DNA from: Candidatus Hydrogenedentota bacterium
Lineage (GTDB): Bacteria; Hydrogenedentota; Hydrogenedentia; Hydrogenedentales; JACPGD01
Assembly (NCBI GenBank): GCA_016182645.1
Contig: JACPGD010000157.1
Span: 1-49,522, forward strand
DNA length: 49,522 nucleotides
Direction: 5' to 3'
Positions 36,605 to 44,839 of this stretch are shown in pieces. The translations under genes and the position numbers were made by a program. The notes beneath the pieces are model-generated. The model worked only from the letters and a program-made list of their open reading frames with translations. It was not told the origin of the DNA and searched no databases. Every line of letters starts with the position of its first letter. The stretch's first letter is position 1.

Positions 36605-37888
36605 ATGGGGAAAAATGTCATTGTGGCGCAATCCGGGGGACCAAGCCCCGTTATCAATAGTTCGCTTCGTGGAGTCATTGATGGGTGCCGTGCATTTCCG
36701 GGCAGTTTCGGATCGATCTATGCCGGCTGGCATGGGATTGAGGGCGTACTGAAGGAAGAGCTCCTTGATCTGTCGGCCCAGGACGAGGACGAGATCGCGC
36801 TACTCCGCTACACGCCCGCCGCGGGCAGCATTGGTACGTGCCGCTATAAGTTGAAAAAGGACCAGCAGAAAGACTTCGATCGTGTGATCGAAGTGATGAA
36901 AGCACACAACGTAGGCTACTTTTTTTACAACGGCGGCAACGATTCGATGGACACGTGCCATAAGGTTGCCCAGATCGCGCGTGAGCGCGGGCTCGATTTG
37001 GCGGCTGTGGGCGTTCCGAAAACCATCGACAACGACGTCGGCGACTCTGAATTCAAGCTGATCGATCACACGCCCGGCTATGGCAGCGTGGCCCGCTATT
37101 GGATGGCGATGGTGCAAAACGCCAACGAGGAAAATGCTGGGTCTTCCCCCGCCGATCCCGTGCTTGTGTTGCAGGCCATGGGCCGAAAGATCGGGTTCAT
37201 TCCCGCGGCGGCGCGCTTGGCGGACCCGAAGCGGCAAATACCCCTTCAGATCTATCTGGCCGAGTCGAAAGTCTCGGCGGATGAGTTGTGCGACAACGTG
37301 GGCGATCAACTCCGGCGCGATGGCCGCTGCATCGTCGTCGTGAGCGAAGGATTCAACGTTGGGGACATTGGCGAGCGGAAAGATGCCTTTGGCCATACGA
37401 CCTTCAGTTCGGCCAAGATTACCGCGGGCCAGAAAGTGGTGAACCTGCTCAATGATCGCGGCCTCCCGGTGGGCGGCGCGGCGCGCGGCCAGGTTCCCGG
37501 CACCGATCAGCGTTCCACCAGCGCCTATGCGTCCATTGTCGATCTGGACGAAGCCTACAAGGTCGGCCTGAAAGCGGCGGAGATTGCCGCCTCGGGTGAA
37601 AATGGCTGGATGTCCACGATATTGCGCCGTCCCGGTCTGATCTACGAGGTTGATTATGATAAAGTGCCCCTGGAACAAGTGGCCAACAGCGAGCGGACCT
37701 TCCCCGCAAGTTGGATTGGACCCAGTAAAGTGGACGTCACCGACGAGTTCGTGCGGTACGCCCGACCTTTGCTGGGCGAAGACTGGCCAAGTGTACCGTT
37801 GATTCACGGCCGCCAGCGCTTTACGCGTTTCAAGCCGTTGTTTGCGGAAAAGAAACTACCCCACTACGATCTTCAGGCAAAAGCCTGA
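36605..37888 (+). CDS. pfp: 6-phosphofructokinase family, probably PPi-dependent
   Basis: VIVAQSGGPSPVINSS, YNGGNDS and VGVPKTIDND. Asp occupies the position that is Gly in ATP-PFK GGDGS. Lys occupies the position that is Gly in ATP-PFK (PGTIDND). These are the established signatures of the PPi type. Confidence 0.8.
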   Translation: MGKNVIVAQSGGPSPVINSSLRGVIDGCRAFPGSFGSIYAGWHGIEGVLKEELLDLSAQDEDEIALLRYTPAAGSIGTCRYKLKKDQQKDFDRVIEVMKAHNVGYFFYNGGNDSMDTCHKVAQIARERGLDLAAVGVPKTIDNDVGDSEFKLIDHTPGYGSVARYWMAMVQNANEENAGSSPADPVLVLQAMGRKIGFIPAAARLADPKRQIPLQIYLAESKVSADELCDNVGDQLRRDGRCIVVVSEGFNVGDIGERKDAFGHTTFSSAKITAGQKVVNLLNDRGLPVGGAARGQVPGTDQRSTSAYASIVDLDEAYKVGLKAAEIAASGENGWMSTILRRPGLIYEVDYDKVPLEQVANSERTFPASWIGPSKVDVTDEFVRYARPLLGEDWPSVPLIHGRQRFTRFKPLFAEKKLPHYDLQAKA

Positions 37889-37918
37889 GGTCTGGGGGAG
37901 AGCCAGGAGGGAGAGACC

Positions 37919-38131
37919 ATGGGCGGTTGGGAGTACCGGACGCTACGGAGCAACACGGCCGGCGGTCACCTCGACTTCGAGAGACTCGACGAGGAATTGA
38001 ACGACCTGGGCAAGGACGGCTGGGAGTTGGTCTCCGTCACCTGCATCGTTTGCAATGGCGAAACCATGTTTCTGGTGCATCATTTCCGGCGTCCCGGCGA
38101 ACCCCGCCGCCGCGCCGGGTTTACGGTTTAA
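37919..38131 (+). CDS. DUF4177 small protein
   Basis: WEYRTL....LDEELNDLGKDGWELVSV is the DUF4177 pattern. GGAGGGAG lies 6 nt upstream of the ATG. Confidence 0.6.
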   Translation: MGGWEYRTLRSNTAGGHLDFERLDEELNDLGKDGWELVSVTCIVCNGETMFLVHHFRRPGEPRRRAGFTV

Positions 38132-38136
38132 CTTCG

Positions 38137-38163
38137 TATAGGTCTTATGGGTCCTATATATTT
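38137..38163 (+). repeat. 9-bp tandem repeat, degenerate (TATAGGTCT TATGGGTCC TATATATTT)
   Basis: Two to three units lie in the AT-rich spacer upstream of gnd. The TATGGG core is shared with the array at 17285. Confidence 0.5.
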
Positions 38164-38190
38164 CTTGGAAATGAAAGGAGAAGTCGCTGC

Positions 38191-39642
38191 ATGCCTGCAA
38201 TGGATATTGGCTTGATTGGCCTGGCGGTGATGGGCGAGAACCTCGTCCTCAACATGGAGAGCAAAGGATTCAGTGTCACGGTATTCAATCGCACCGTCGC
38301 AAAAGTGGATCAGTTCATGGCGGGGCGCGCGAAGGGGAAGAAGATTCTGGGATGTCACAGCGTGCAGGAATTGTGCGCGAACCTCAAGACGCCCCGGAAA
38401 GTGATGATGCTGGTCAAAGCCGGACAGGCGGTAGATGACTTCATCGAGCAACTTCTCCCCCACCTCTCCGCCGGGGACATCATTATCGACGGGGGCAACA
38501 GCCATTTCCCCGATACCATCCGGCGGACCAAATACGTGGAAAGCAAGGGGGTGCTCTACATCGGCACGGGCGTGAGCGGCGGCGAAGAAGGCGCGCTCAC
38601 CGGTCCTTCGATCATGCCGGGCGGCTCTCCGGCGGCGTGGCCGCATGTCAAGCCGATATTTCAGGGCATCGCCGCGAAGACAAAAGACGGAGAAGCCTGC
38701 TGCGATTGGGTGGGCGAAGATGGGGCCGGGCATTACGTGAAAATGGTCCACAATGGCATCGAATATGGCGACATGCAGATGATCTCGGAGACGTATCACC
38801 TGATGCGCACCGGACTGGGCATGAGCAACGATGAGATGCACGCGGTTTTCGCGGAGTGGAACCAGGGCACACTCGACTCCTACCTGATTGAAATCACGCG
38901 CGACATCCTGGCCTATAAGGACGCCGAAAACAATTACGTCGTCGATCTGATCTTAGATTCGGCGGGTCAGAAAGGCACGGGCAAGTGGACCGTCATCGAA
39001 GCCTGCAACCAGGGCCAGCCCCTCACGCTGATCGGAGAAGCCGTCTTTGCGCGGTGTCTGTCCTCCTTGAAAAGCGAGCGAGTCGAGGCTGCGAAGGTGC
39101 TGGGAAGCGCCGCACCTGCGTTCAAAGGTGACCGCAAGGCGTTTGTCGATGACTTGCGCCAGGCGCTTTACGCCTCCAAGATCATCAGCTATGCGCAGGG
39201 CTACCAGCTCATGCGCGCCGCCGCCGCCGAATACCAATGGAACCTGAATTATGGCGGTATCGCCCTGATGTGGCGCGGCGGCTGCATCATCCGCAGTGCG
39301 TTTCTGGGGAAAATTAAGGAAGCGTTTGAGCGCAATCCCAAGCTCGTGAACCTTCTGCTGGATCCGTTCTTTGCGGACGCGCTGCAACAGGCGCAGGCGG
39401 CTTGGCGCCGGGTCATTGCCACGGCGGTGCAGTTGGGTATTCCGGTTCCGGCGTTGGCTTCCGCACTCACGTATTTTGACGGCTACCGCAGCGAACGGCT
39501 CCCGGCCAACCTGCTCCAGGCGCAGCGCGACTACTTCGGCGCGCACACCTACGAACGGGTCGACAAGCCGCGCGGGGAATTCTTTCATACCAATTGGACC
39601 GGCCGCGGCGGGGAAACCTCAGCGTCAACATACACCGTGTAA
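38191..39642 (+). CDS. gnd: 6-phosphogluconate dehydrogenase, decarboxylating
   Basis: IGLIGLAVMGENLVLNMESKGF, IIDGGNSHF, GTGVSGGEEGA..GPSIMPGG, HYVKMVHNGIEYGDMQ, GQKGTGKW, and the C-terminal end QRDYFGAHTYERVD. Start ATG 38191 follows AAAGGAG. The track ORF is extended 5' to 37927. Confidence 0.95.
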   Translation: MPAMDIGLIGLAVMGENLVLNMESKGFSVTVFNRTVAKVDQFMAGRAKGKKILGCHSVQELCANLKTPRKVMMLVKAGQAVDDFIEQLLPHLSAGDIIIDGGNSHFPDTIRRTKYVESKGVLYIGTGVSGGEEGALTGPSIMPGGSPAAWPHVKPIFQGIAAKTKDGEACCDWVGEDGAGHYVKMVHNGIEYGDMQMISETYHLMRTGLGMSNDEMHAVFAEWNQGTLDSYLIEITRDILAYKDAENNYVVDLILDSAGQKGTGKWTVIEACNQGQPLTLIGEAVFARCLSSLKSERVEAAKVLGSAAPAFKGDRKAFVDDLRQALYASKIISYAQGYQLMRAAAAEYQWNLNYGGIALMWRGGCIIRSAFLGKIKEAFERNPKLVNLLLDPFFADALQQAQAAWRRVIATAVQLGIPVPALASALTYFDGYRSERLPANLLQAQRDYFGAHTYERVDKPRGEFFHTNWTGRGGETSASTYTV

Positions 39643-39681
39643 TTTCGGGTGGCGCCCAAGAGTAAGGAGCGAAGGGTAAGC

Positions 39682-40662
39682 ATGCCGAAGATTTACATCA
39701 CACGTCCCATCCCGGTGAGCGCCGTTCGGCTACTGGAGGAGACTTTCGGCAAGGACGCCGTCCGGATGTGGCCGGAGGACACCATTATCCCCCGCCAGAA
39801 ATTGTTGCAGAACGTGGCCGGCGTAGATGCCATCCTCGCGATCCTGACCGAGCGCATTGACGACGAACTGTTCGACGCCGCCGGCCCGCAGCTTCGTATC
39901 GTGGCGAACATGGCGGTGGGCTTCGATAACATAGATGTGCCCGCCGCGACGCGCCGGCGGATCCCCGTGTCCAACACGCCCGGCGTGCTGACCGAAACGA
40001 CCGCCGACCTGACCTGGGCGCTCATCCTGGCCACCTGCCGGCGGCTCGGAGAATCGGAGCGTTTTTTGCGCTCGGGCCAGTGGAAATGCTGGTCGCCCAC
40101 GTTCATGCTCGGCACCGATGTGCACGGGAAGAAGCTGGGGATCTTCGGCCTCGGGCGCATCGGCCAGGCGGTCGCCCGCCGCGCGCGTGCGTTTGGCATG
40201 GATGTCATGTACTACGACCCCACCCGTTACGAATTCCCGCGCGAGGCGGCGATGGGTGTGCGCTACGTCGAATTTGACGAACTCCTGCGCGAGTCCGACA
40301 TATTGACGGTCCACTGTTTTCTGTCGCCCGAGACGCGGCATGCGTTTGGCGAAGCGCAATTTTGCGCCATGAAGAAGAGCGCCGTCTTCATCAACACGGC
40401 GCGCGGCCCCATTGTCGATGAACCGGCTTTGGCGCGTGCGCTGAAGAACGGCGACATTTTCGCGGCGGGACTTGATGTCTTTGAGGAAGAACCCAAGGTC
40501 CATCCCGAGCTCCTGGCGTGTGAGAATGCTGTCTTGCTGCCGCACATCGGCAGCGCCACCGAAGAGACGCGCGCGAAAATGGCCGAAATGGCCGCCCGAA
40601 ACATTATTCAGCGCCTTCACGGCGAAGTACCCGTCAACTGTCTCAATCCCGAAATCCTATGA
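39682..40662 (+). CDS. Glyoxylate/hydroxypyruvate reductase (D-2-hydroxyacid dehydrogenase family)
   Basis: Close resemblance to archaeal and bacterial glyoxylate reductases: KIYITRPIP, RIVANMAVGFDNIDV, NTPGVLTETTADL, LGIFGLGRIGQAVARRA, INTARGPIVDE, AGLDVFEEEP, LPHIGSAT. Confidence 0.85.
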   Translation: MPKIYITRPIPVSAVRLLEETFGKDAVRMWPEDTIIPRQKLLQNVAGVDAILAILTERIDDELFDAAGPQLRIVANMAVGFDNIDVPAATRRRIPVSNTPGVLTETTADLTWALILATCRRLGESERFLRSGQWKCWSPTFMLGTDVHGKKLGIFGLGRIGQAVARRARAFGMDVMYYDPTRYEFPREAAMGVRYVEFDELLRESDILTVHCFLSPETRHAFGEAQFCAMKKSAVFINTARGPIVDEPALARALKNGDIFAAGLDVFEEEPKVHPELLACENAVLLPHIGSATEETRAKMAEMAARNIIQRLHGEVPVNCLNPEIL

Positions 40663-40676
40663 AAGGAGCATGCATC

Positions 40677-41867
40677 ATGAAATGGCGCCATTTGCCCCTG
40701 GCGACTCTCACTCTCTGTTTCGCGGGTGCCGTGTTCGCCGCGGAACCCGTGATCACCAGTGAATTCATTTTTCCGCTGCAAGGCAAACACTGCCACAGCA
40801 GTTCTATTGTCCAGTGTCCCAACGGCGATCTGTTGGCCGCCTGGTTCTATGGCTCTGGCGAGCGTAGCGCCAATGACGTGCTCGTTCAGGGAGCACGAAT
40901 GATAAAGGGCGCCAAAGAATGGTCTGAGGTGTTCGTCATGGCGGATTCTCCCGGTCTGCCCGACTGTAACCCGGTACTCTTCATTGACCCGCAAAAGAAA
41001 CTGTGGCTGTTCTGGATTCCGGTGCTCACCAATCGCTGGGAGCGCGCCCCGCTCAAGTACCGTACCTCGATGGACTACCAGGACAACGGCGCGCCCCAAT
41101 GGTCGTGGCAGGACGTGCTGTTCCTGGACCCAGGCAAGGAGTTCCCCGATCAGCTTGAAGCGGGGTTCAAGGAACTGGGCTACGAGCAACCGATGTGGGG
41201 CGAGTACGCGCCAGAATACACCACCATGTTGATCGAAGCGGCCAAGGACCCGCTCAAACGCACCATGGGCTGGATGACGCGCGCCAAACCCATCGTTCTG
41301 AATTCGGGCCGTTTAGTTCTTCCCCTTTATTCCGATGGTTACAACATTTCGGTTGTTGCGCTCTCCGACGACAACGGCGAGAATTGGCGCTTGAGCAAGC
41401 CCATCGTCGGTCTGGGCCCGATTCAGCCGAGCGTGCTGCAACGAAAAGATGGAACCGTGGTTGCCTTCATGCGCGACAGTGGCGACGATCCCAAGCGGGT
41501 GCTCATTGCTTCCTCCAAAGACAATGGCGAGACATGGTCGGTCGCCACCGACACCGACATCCCGAATCCCAGCAGTACCGCGGCCGTGTGCGCGTTCAGT
41601 GATGGGCGCTGGGTCATGGCGTGCAACGACACCGAAAATGGGCGGCACCAGTTGGCCATGCTGCTGTCAGAAGATGAGGGGGCCACGTGGCCGGCCAAGC
41701 GCTACCTGGAGAAATCCGAACCGGGTAAGGCGGGCTATGCCTATCCCACCGTCATCCAGGCGCGGGACGGCATGATTCATGTCTCGTACTCATACAGTGT
41801 GGACGAAGGGAAGTGCATCAAGCACGCGGCCTTCAACGCAGAGTGGATTCTGGCGGGCGACAATTAA
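40677..41867 (+). CDS. Secreted BNR/Asp-box exo-alpha-sialidase-like protein
   Basis: Signal peptide MKWRHLPLATLTLCFAGAVFA. Asp boxes are SDDNGENW, SKDNGETW and SEDEGATW. Start ATG 40677 has AAGGAG 8 nt upstream. An alternative ATG at 40659 overlaps the upstream stop. Confidence 0.8.
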   Translation: MKWRHLPLATLTLCFAGAVFAAEPVITSEFIFPLQGKHCHSSSIVQCPNGDLLAAWFYGSGERSANDVLVQGARMIKGAKEWSEVFVMADSPGLPDCNPVLFIDPQKKLWLFWIPVLTNRWERAPLKYRTSMDYQDNGAPQWSWQDVLFLDPGKEFPDQLEAGFKELGYEQPMWGEYAPEYTTMLIEAAKDPLKRTMGWMTRAKPIVLNSGRLVLPLYSDGYNISVVALSDDNGENWRLSKPIVGLGPIQPSVLQRKDGTVVAFMRDSGDDPKRVLIASSKDNGETWSVATDTDIPNPSSTAAVCAFSDGRWVMACNDTENGRHQLAMLLSEDEGATWPAKRYLEKSEPGKAGYAYPTVIQARDGMIHVSYSYSVDEGKCIKHAAFNAEWILAGDN

Positions 41868-41883
41868 GCCTCACGGCCCTGGT

Positions 41884-41908
41884 GGCGCCCTGGTGTGGGC
41901 GCCGTTTT
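41884..41908 (+). terminator. Rho-independent terminator after the sialidase-like gene
   Basis: Stem GGCGCCC / GGGCGCC, loop tggtgt, followed by GTTTT. Confidence 0.6.
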
Positions 41909-42193
41909 GGCCTGAATCCGGCAGTTGTAACCTACTCAAACTCGAGGGTGGCAGCATCGAGCGCGACTCAGGCTGGAATTTAGCAGTCCACCTTCTCTTC
42001 GGGGGTAGACAGAACGGCCGGATTCTGTCAAAATCACTGGCGTGGTGATCGAGACCAGCTCCAAGCGCACTTTGGTACTGCCAGAGACCATTTCTGGTGG
42101 CATGTCCAAATCTTGTTCGACAGACCCCCACCGGTTGGCGTTCCCAACTTTGGATCCCAATCATGGGATTCTTAAACAATCAGGAGATCGGAA

Positions 42194-42346
42194 ATGAAGC
42201 ATCTGACAGCCATGACGAAGTCCCCCGCCTCTGCGCAAGTGCATAATGCCTGTGACGCAAAGGAGTTCTTACTTGGGATTGTCCTTCCGCCGCAGGCTGT
42301 TCACAATATTCTTACCAAAGGGGGATGCCATGACGATGAACAATAG
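42194..42346 (+). CDS. Candidate 50-aa small protein (hypothetical)
   Basis: The ATG follows AGGAG at 7-nt spacing. The ORF reads MKHLTAMTKSPASAQVHNACDAKEFLLGIVLPPQAVHNILTKGGCHDDEQ. A palindromic terminator lies about 45 nt downstream. I recognise no homology, and it is too short to appear in the ORF track. Confidence 0.3.
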   Translation: MKHLTAMTKSPASAQVHNACDAKEFLLGIVLPPQAVHNILTKGGCHDDEQ

Positions 42347-42392
42347 CGTCCCGCGGCAAGTGCCCAGTCAATGATAGCCGGTGTCTGTTGCG

Positions 42393-42409
42393 AAAAGGGC
42401 GCCCTTTTT
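42393..42409. terminator. Bidirectional palindromic terminator (AAAAGGGCGCCCTTTTT)
   Basis: A GC core is flanked by A4 and T5, so a T-run follows the hairpin on both strands. It lies between the small + ORF and the minus-strand DUF4112 gene that ends at 42438. Confidence 0.5.
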
Positions 42410-42437
42410 AGCAGTCACGCGCTTGCCGAGCGCGGGA

Positions 42438-42800
42438 CTACTGGGAGTAATCCGGCTCGATGTGCAGGAGCACCAGGTTCCGCCGATTCGCCTTGTAGAC
42501 GAAGTCAAAGACATCTCCCAAAACCGGTATGGCCCCGAGAAGGGCATCCAGTAACACGATGGTCACCATCTGCGTCAGGGTACCGCGCGAGAAGCCCAGC
42601 CGTTGGGCCTGAAGAATGAGATAAATAGAGATCAGCATGCCCAGCGCATCCCCCAGGCCCGGCAGCAGTCCCAGGAGGGGATCAAGACCAAACCTGAAGC
42701 GCGTTCCAGGGATGCGGATGGAATAATCCATGAGCCACGCCAGTTTACGCAGGTCAAGCAGTAGTTTCTCGCGTTGCGCGTGGGTGAGTTTTCCCGCCAC
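42438..42800 (-). CDS. DUF4112 membrane protein
   Basis: MDYSIRIPGTRFRFGLDPLLGLLPGLGDALGMLISIYLILQA...LLDALLGAIPVLGDVFDFVYKANRRN is the DUF4112 signature. I chose start GTG 42800, with GAGGGGAAG 5 nt upstream. The track ORF extends to 42911. Confidence 0.75.
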   Translation of the reverse strand: MAGKLTHAQREKLLLDLRKLAWLMDYSIRIPGTRFRFGLDPLLGLLPGLGDALGMLISIYLILQAQRLGFSRGTLTQMVTIVLLDALLGAIPVLGDVFDFVYKANRRNLVLLHIEPDYSQ

Positions 42801-42896
42801 GACACTTCCCCTCTGAAATTCCCTGGGAGCAGATTTGCGAGAGGCTATAGTGACAAAGCCTCGCGTGCTTTCGCAACGCCTTGTCTGGGAAGGGCA

Positions 42897-42925
42897 TTGC
42901 GAAACTTGCATCCTCTTGGTATAAT
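42897..42925 (+). promoter_or_regulatory. Near-consensus sigma-70-type promoter for the desaturase gene
   Basis: TTGCGA, then a 17-nt spacer, then TATAAT, located 54 nt upstream of ATG 42979. The -35 overlaps the right arm of an 8-bp inverted repeat (TTTCGCAA 42869-42876 and TTGCGAAA 42897-42904). Confidence 0.45.
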
Positions 42926-42978
42926 TAGAGTCCTAACAGTTAGAAAACCGACACCCCGCCCGGAGAAGGCGCTCCACC

Positions 42979-44004
42979 ATGTATCAGTTCGGTTCCAGGC
43001 TGGAAGTCATGAAGTATCTTGAACCCTTCCTGGCCGCCCAGCTTCCCTACCTCCTGCGTAAGGTCGAATCCAATTGGCAGCCCATGGATTACAGCCCGGA
43101 TCTGAGCACGGAAGAGGGTTTCGAGGAGGTCCGCGCCCTGCAGGAAGAAGCGCGGGCGCTCCCTGACGATACGATGACCGTACTCGTGGGAGACATGATT
43201 ACGGAAGAAGCGTTGCCCACCTATGCCTCCTGGATTGCGACGCTGGAGGGAGTGGGCGTACAGGGCGAACCCCAGACGGCCTGGGGCGCCTGGAACCGCG
43301 GCTGGTGCGCGGAAGAGAACCGTCATGGGGACATCCTCAACCGTTACCTTTACCTGACGGGCCGCGTGAACATGCGCGAAGTCGAGATCACGGTACAACA
43401 CCTTATCGCCGATGGTGGCGACACGCAGACGGAGAATGACCCCTACCGGACCTTCATTTACACCAGCTTTCAGGAAATTGCCACGCGCATTTCACACCTG
43501 AACGTGGGCAAGATTGCGCAGCAAGTCGGCGCCACACGCTTGTTCCATCTCTCGCGCAGAGTGGCCGGGGATGAGCAGCGCCACGCCAAGGCCTACAAGC
43601 TGTTCATCTCGAAGATTATGGAAGTGGACACGTCCGAAGCCGTGCTGGCGTTCCAGGACATGATGAAGAAGAAGATCACGATGCCGGCGATGTACATGCG
43701 CGAACGCGGCAAGCAGGTGGGCGAGACGTTTAAGAAATTCGAGGTCATCGCCAACCGCAGCGGCGTCTACACGCCGTGGCACTATGTCGAGATTATTGAG
43801 AACCTGCTCCAGGACTGGGACATCCAGCATCTCGCCAACCTCTCCCCCGCCGCCACGAAAGCGCAGGAATATCTGTGCAACCTTCCCGAGCGCTACCGGA
43901 AACTGATCGAGCGCCTCTACCGGCCCAAAGACGAAGCCGAAATAGTGCAATTTAGCTGGCTGTTGCCGCCCGCGCTGAAGCACACTGCGGCCATCTCTGT
44001 GTAG
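42979..44004 (+). CDS. Soluble acyl-ACP desaturase (di-iron, stearoyl-ACP desaturase family)
   Basis: Di-iron ligand motifs are GDMITEEALPTY, EENRHGD, TSFQEIATRISH and AGDEQRHAKAY. The overall layout matches plant and actinobacterial DesA-type enzymes. Confidence 0.85.
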   Translation: MYQFGSRLEVMKYLEPFLAAQLPYLLRKVESNWQPMDYSPDLSTEEGFEEVRALQEEARALPDDTMTVLVGDMITEEALPTYASWIATLEGVGVQGEPQTAWGAWNRGWCAEENRHGDILNRYLYLTGRVNMREVEITVQHLIADGGDTQTENDPYRTFIYTSFQEIATRISHLNVGKIAQQVGATRLFHLSRRVAGDEQRHAKAYKLFISKIMEVDTSEAVLAFQDMMKKKITMPAMYMRERGKQVGETFKKFEVIANRSGVYTPWHYVEIIENLLQDWDIQHLANLSPAATKAQEYLCNLPERYRKLIERLYRPKDEAEIVQFSWLLPPALKHTAAISV

Positions 44005-44073
44005 TTGTGCGATTTCCGCTTGACCTGTAGAGTCGCGGGAATCAGCAGCATTCTGGGGACCCTTCAAGATCTC

Positions 44074-44832
44074 ATGGATACCAACACGCCCCAGTACTCG
44101 CCACAAAGCATTGCGCGCTATGAATGCATTTTTGGCAGAGACTTCGTAAGCACCGGCGGCCTGAACACGACGAAGTCGCTCACCGCCGCGCTCGGGCTGC
44201 GCCCGGGCATGCGCGTCCTGGACGTGGGCTGCGGACTCGGCGGGTCGGTGTTCCACCTGGCGCAAGCCTACGGCGTCGAGGTGCTGGGAATTGACGTGCT
44301 GCCCCAAATGATAGACGAAGCGGCGCGCCGGTCGCGGGCATACGGCATTTCGGCAGTGGAATTCGTGCTGGGCGACATTCTGCAAGTGGATCTCCCCACT
44401 TCGTTTGATCTGGTCTACAGCCGCGACGCATTCCTGCACATCGCCCAAAAGCCAGCATTATTCGCGCGCTTGTTCGCCTGTCTTCGACCCGGTGGCATAC
44501 TTTTTTTCACTGACTACGCGCGCGGCCACGCCCAAGGATCGAGGGCCTTCGAGCACTATCGCGCCGCCAACAGCTACGACCTCCACGAACTGGATAAATA
44601 CGCCACGCTGGTGCGGGCCGCAGGCTTTGCCGAAGTGGGGGTGACCGACCGAACGGAGGGGTTCATCGCGGTTCTGCGCCAGGAAATGCAGGCGATCCAG
44701 ACAGCCGATATTCCCTTGGACGAAGCAGATCGCCGCTATCTCGTCGAGCGATGGTTCCATAAGGTTGAATACTGTCAGGAAGGCGATATGCGCTGGTGCA
44801 GTATCCGCGGAAGCCGCCGGCCCACGTGTTGA
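44074..44832 (+). CDS. Class I SAM-dependent methyltransferase (phosphoethanolamine N-methyltransferase-like)
   Basis: YECIFGRDFVSTGGL..., SAM motif VLDVGCGLGG, DLVYSRDAFLHI and RPGGILFFTDY. I chose start ATG 44074. The track ORF starts at TTG 44005, immediately after the desaturase stop. Confidence 0.75.
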   Translation: MDTNTPQYSPQSIARYECIFGRDFVSTGGLNTTKSLTAALGLRPGMRVLDVGCGLGGSVFHLAQAYGVEVLGIDVLPQMIDEAARRSRAYGISAVEFVLGDILQVDLPTSFDLVYSRDAFLHIAQKPALFARLFACLRPGGILFFTDYARGHAQGSRAFEHYRAANSYDLHELDKYATLVRAAGFAEVGVTDRTEGFIAVLRQEMQAIQTADIPLDEADRRYLVERWFHKVEYCQEGDMRWCSIRGSRRPTC

Positions 44833-44839
44833 CGGCTTC

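Noticed and set aside
11609-38163. Whether the 9-bp arrays or the REP-like pairs could be a CRISPR array
   Set aside because: The units are only 9 bp and lie directly head to tail with no spacers. The REP-like copies occur singly or as inverted pairs kilobases apart. There are no cas genes. None of this matches CRISPR architecture.
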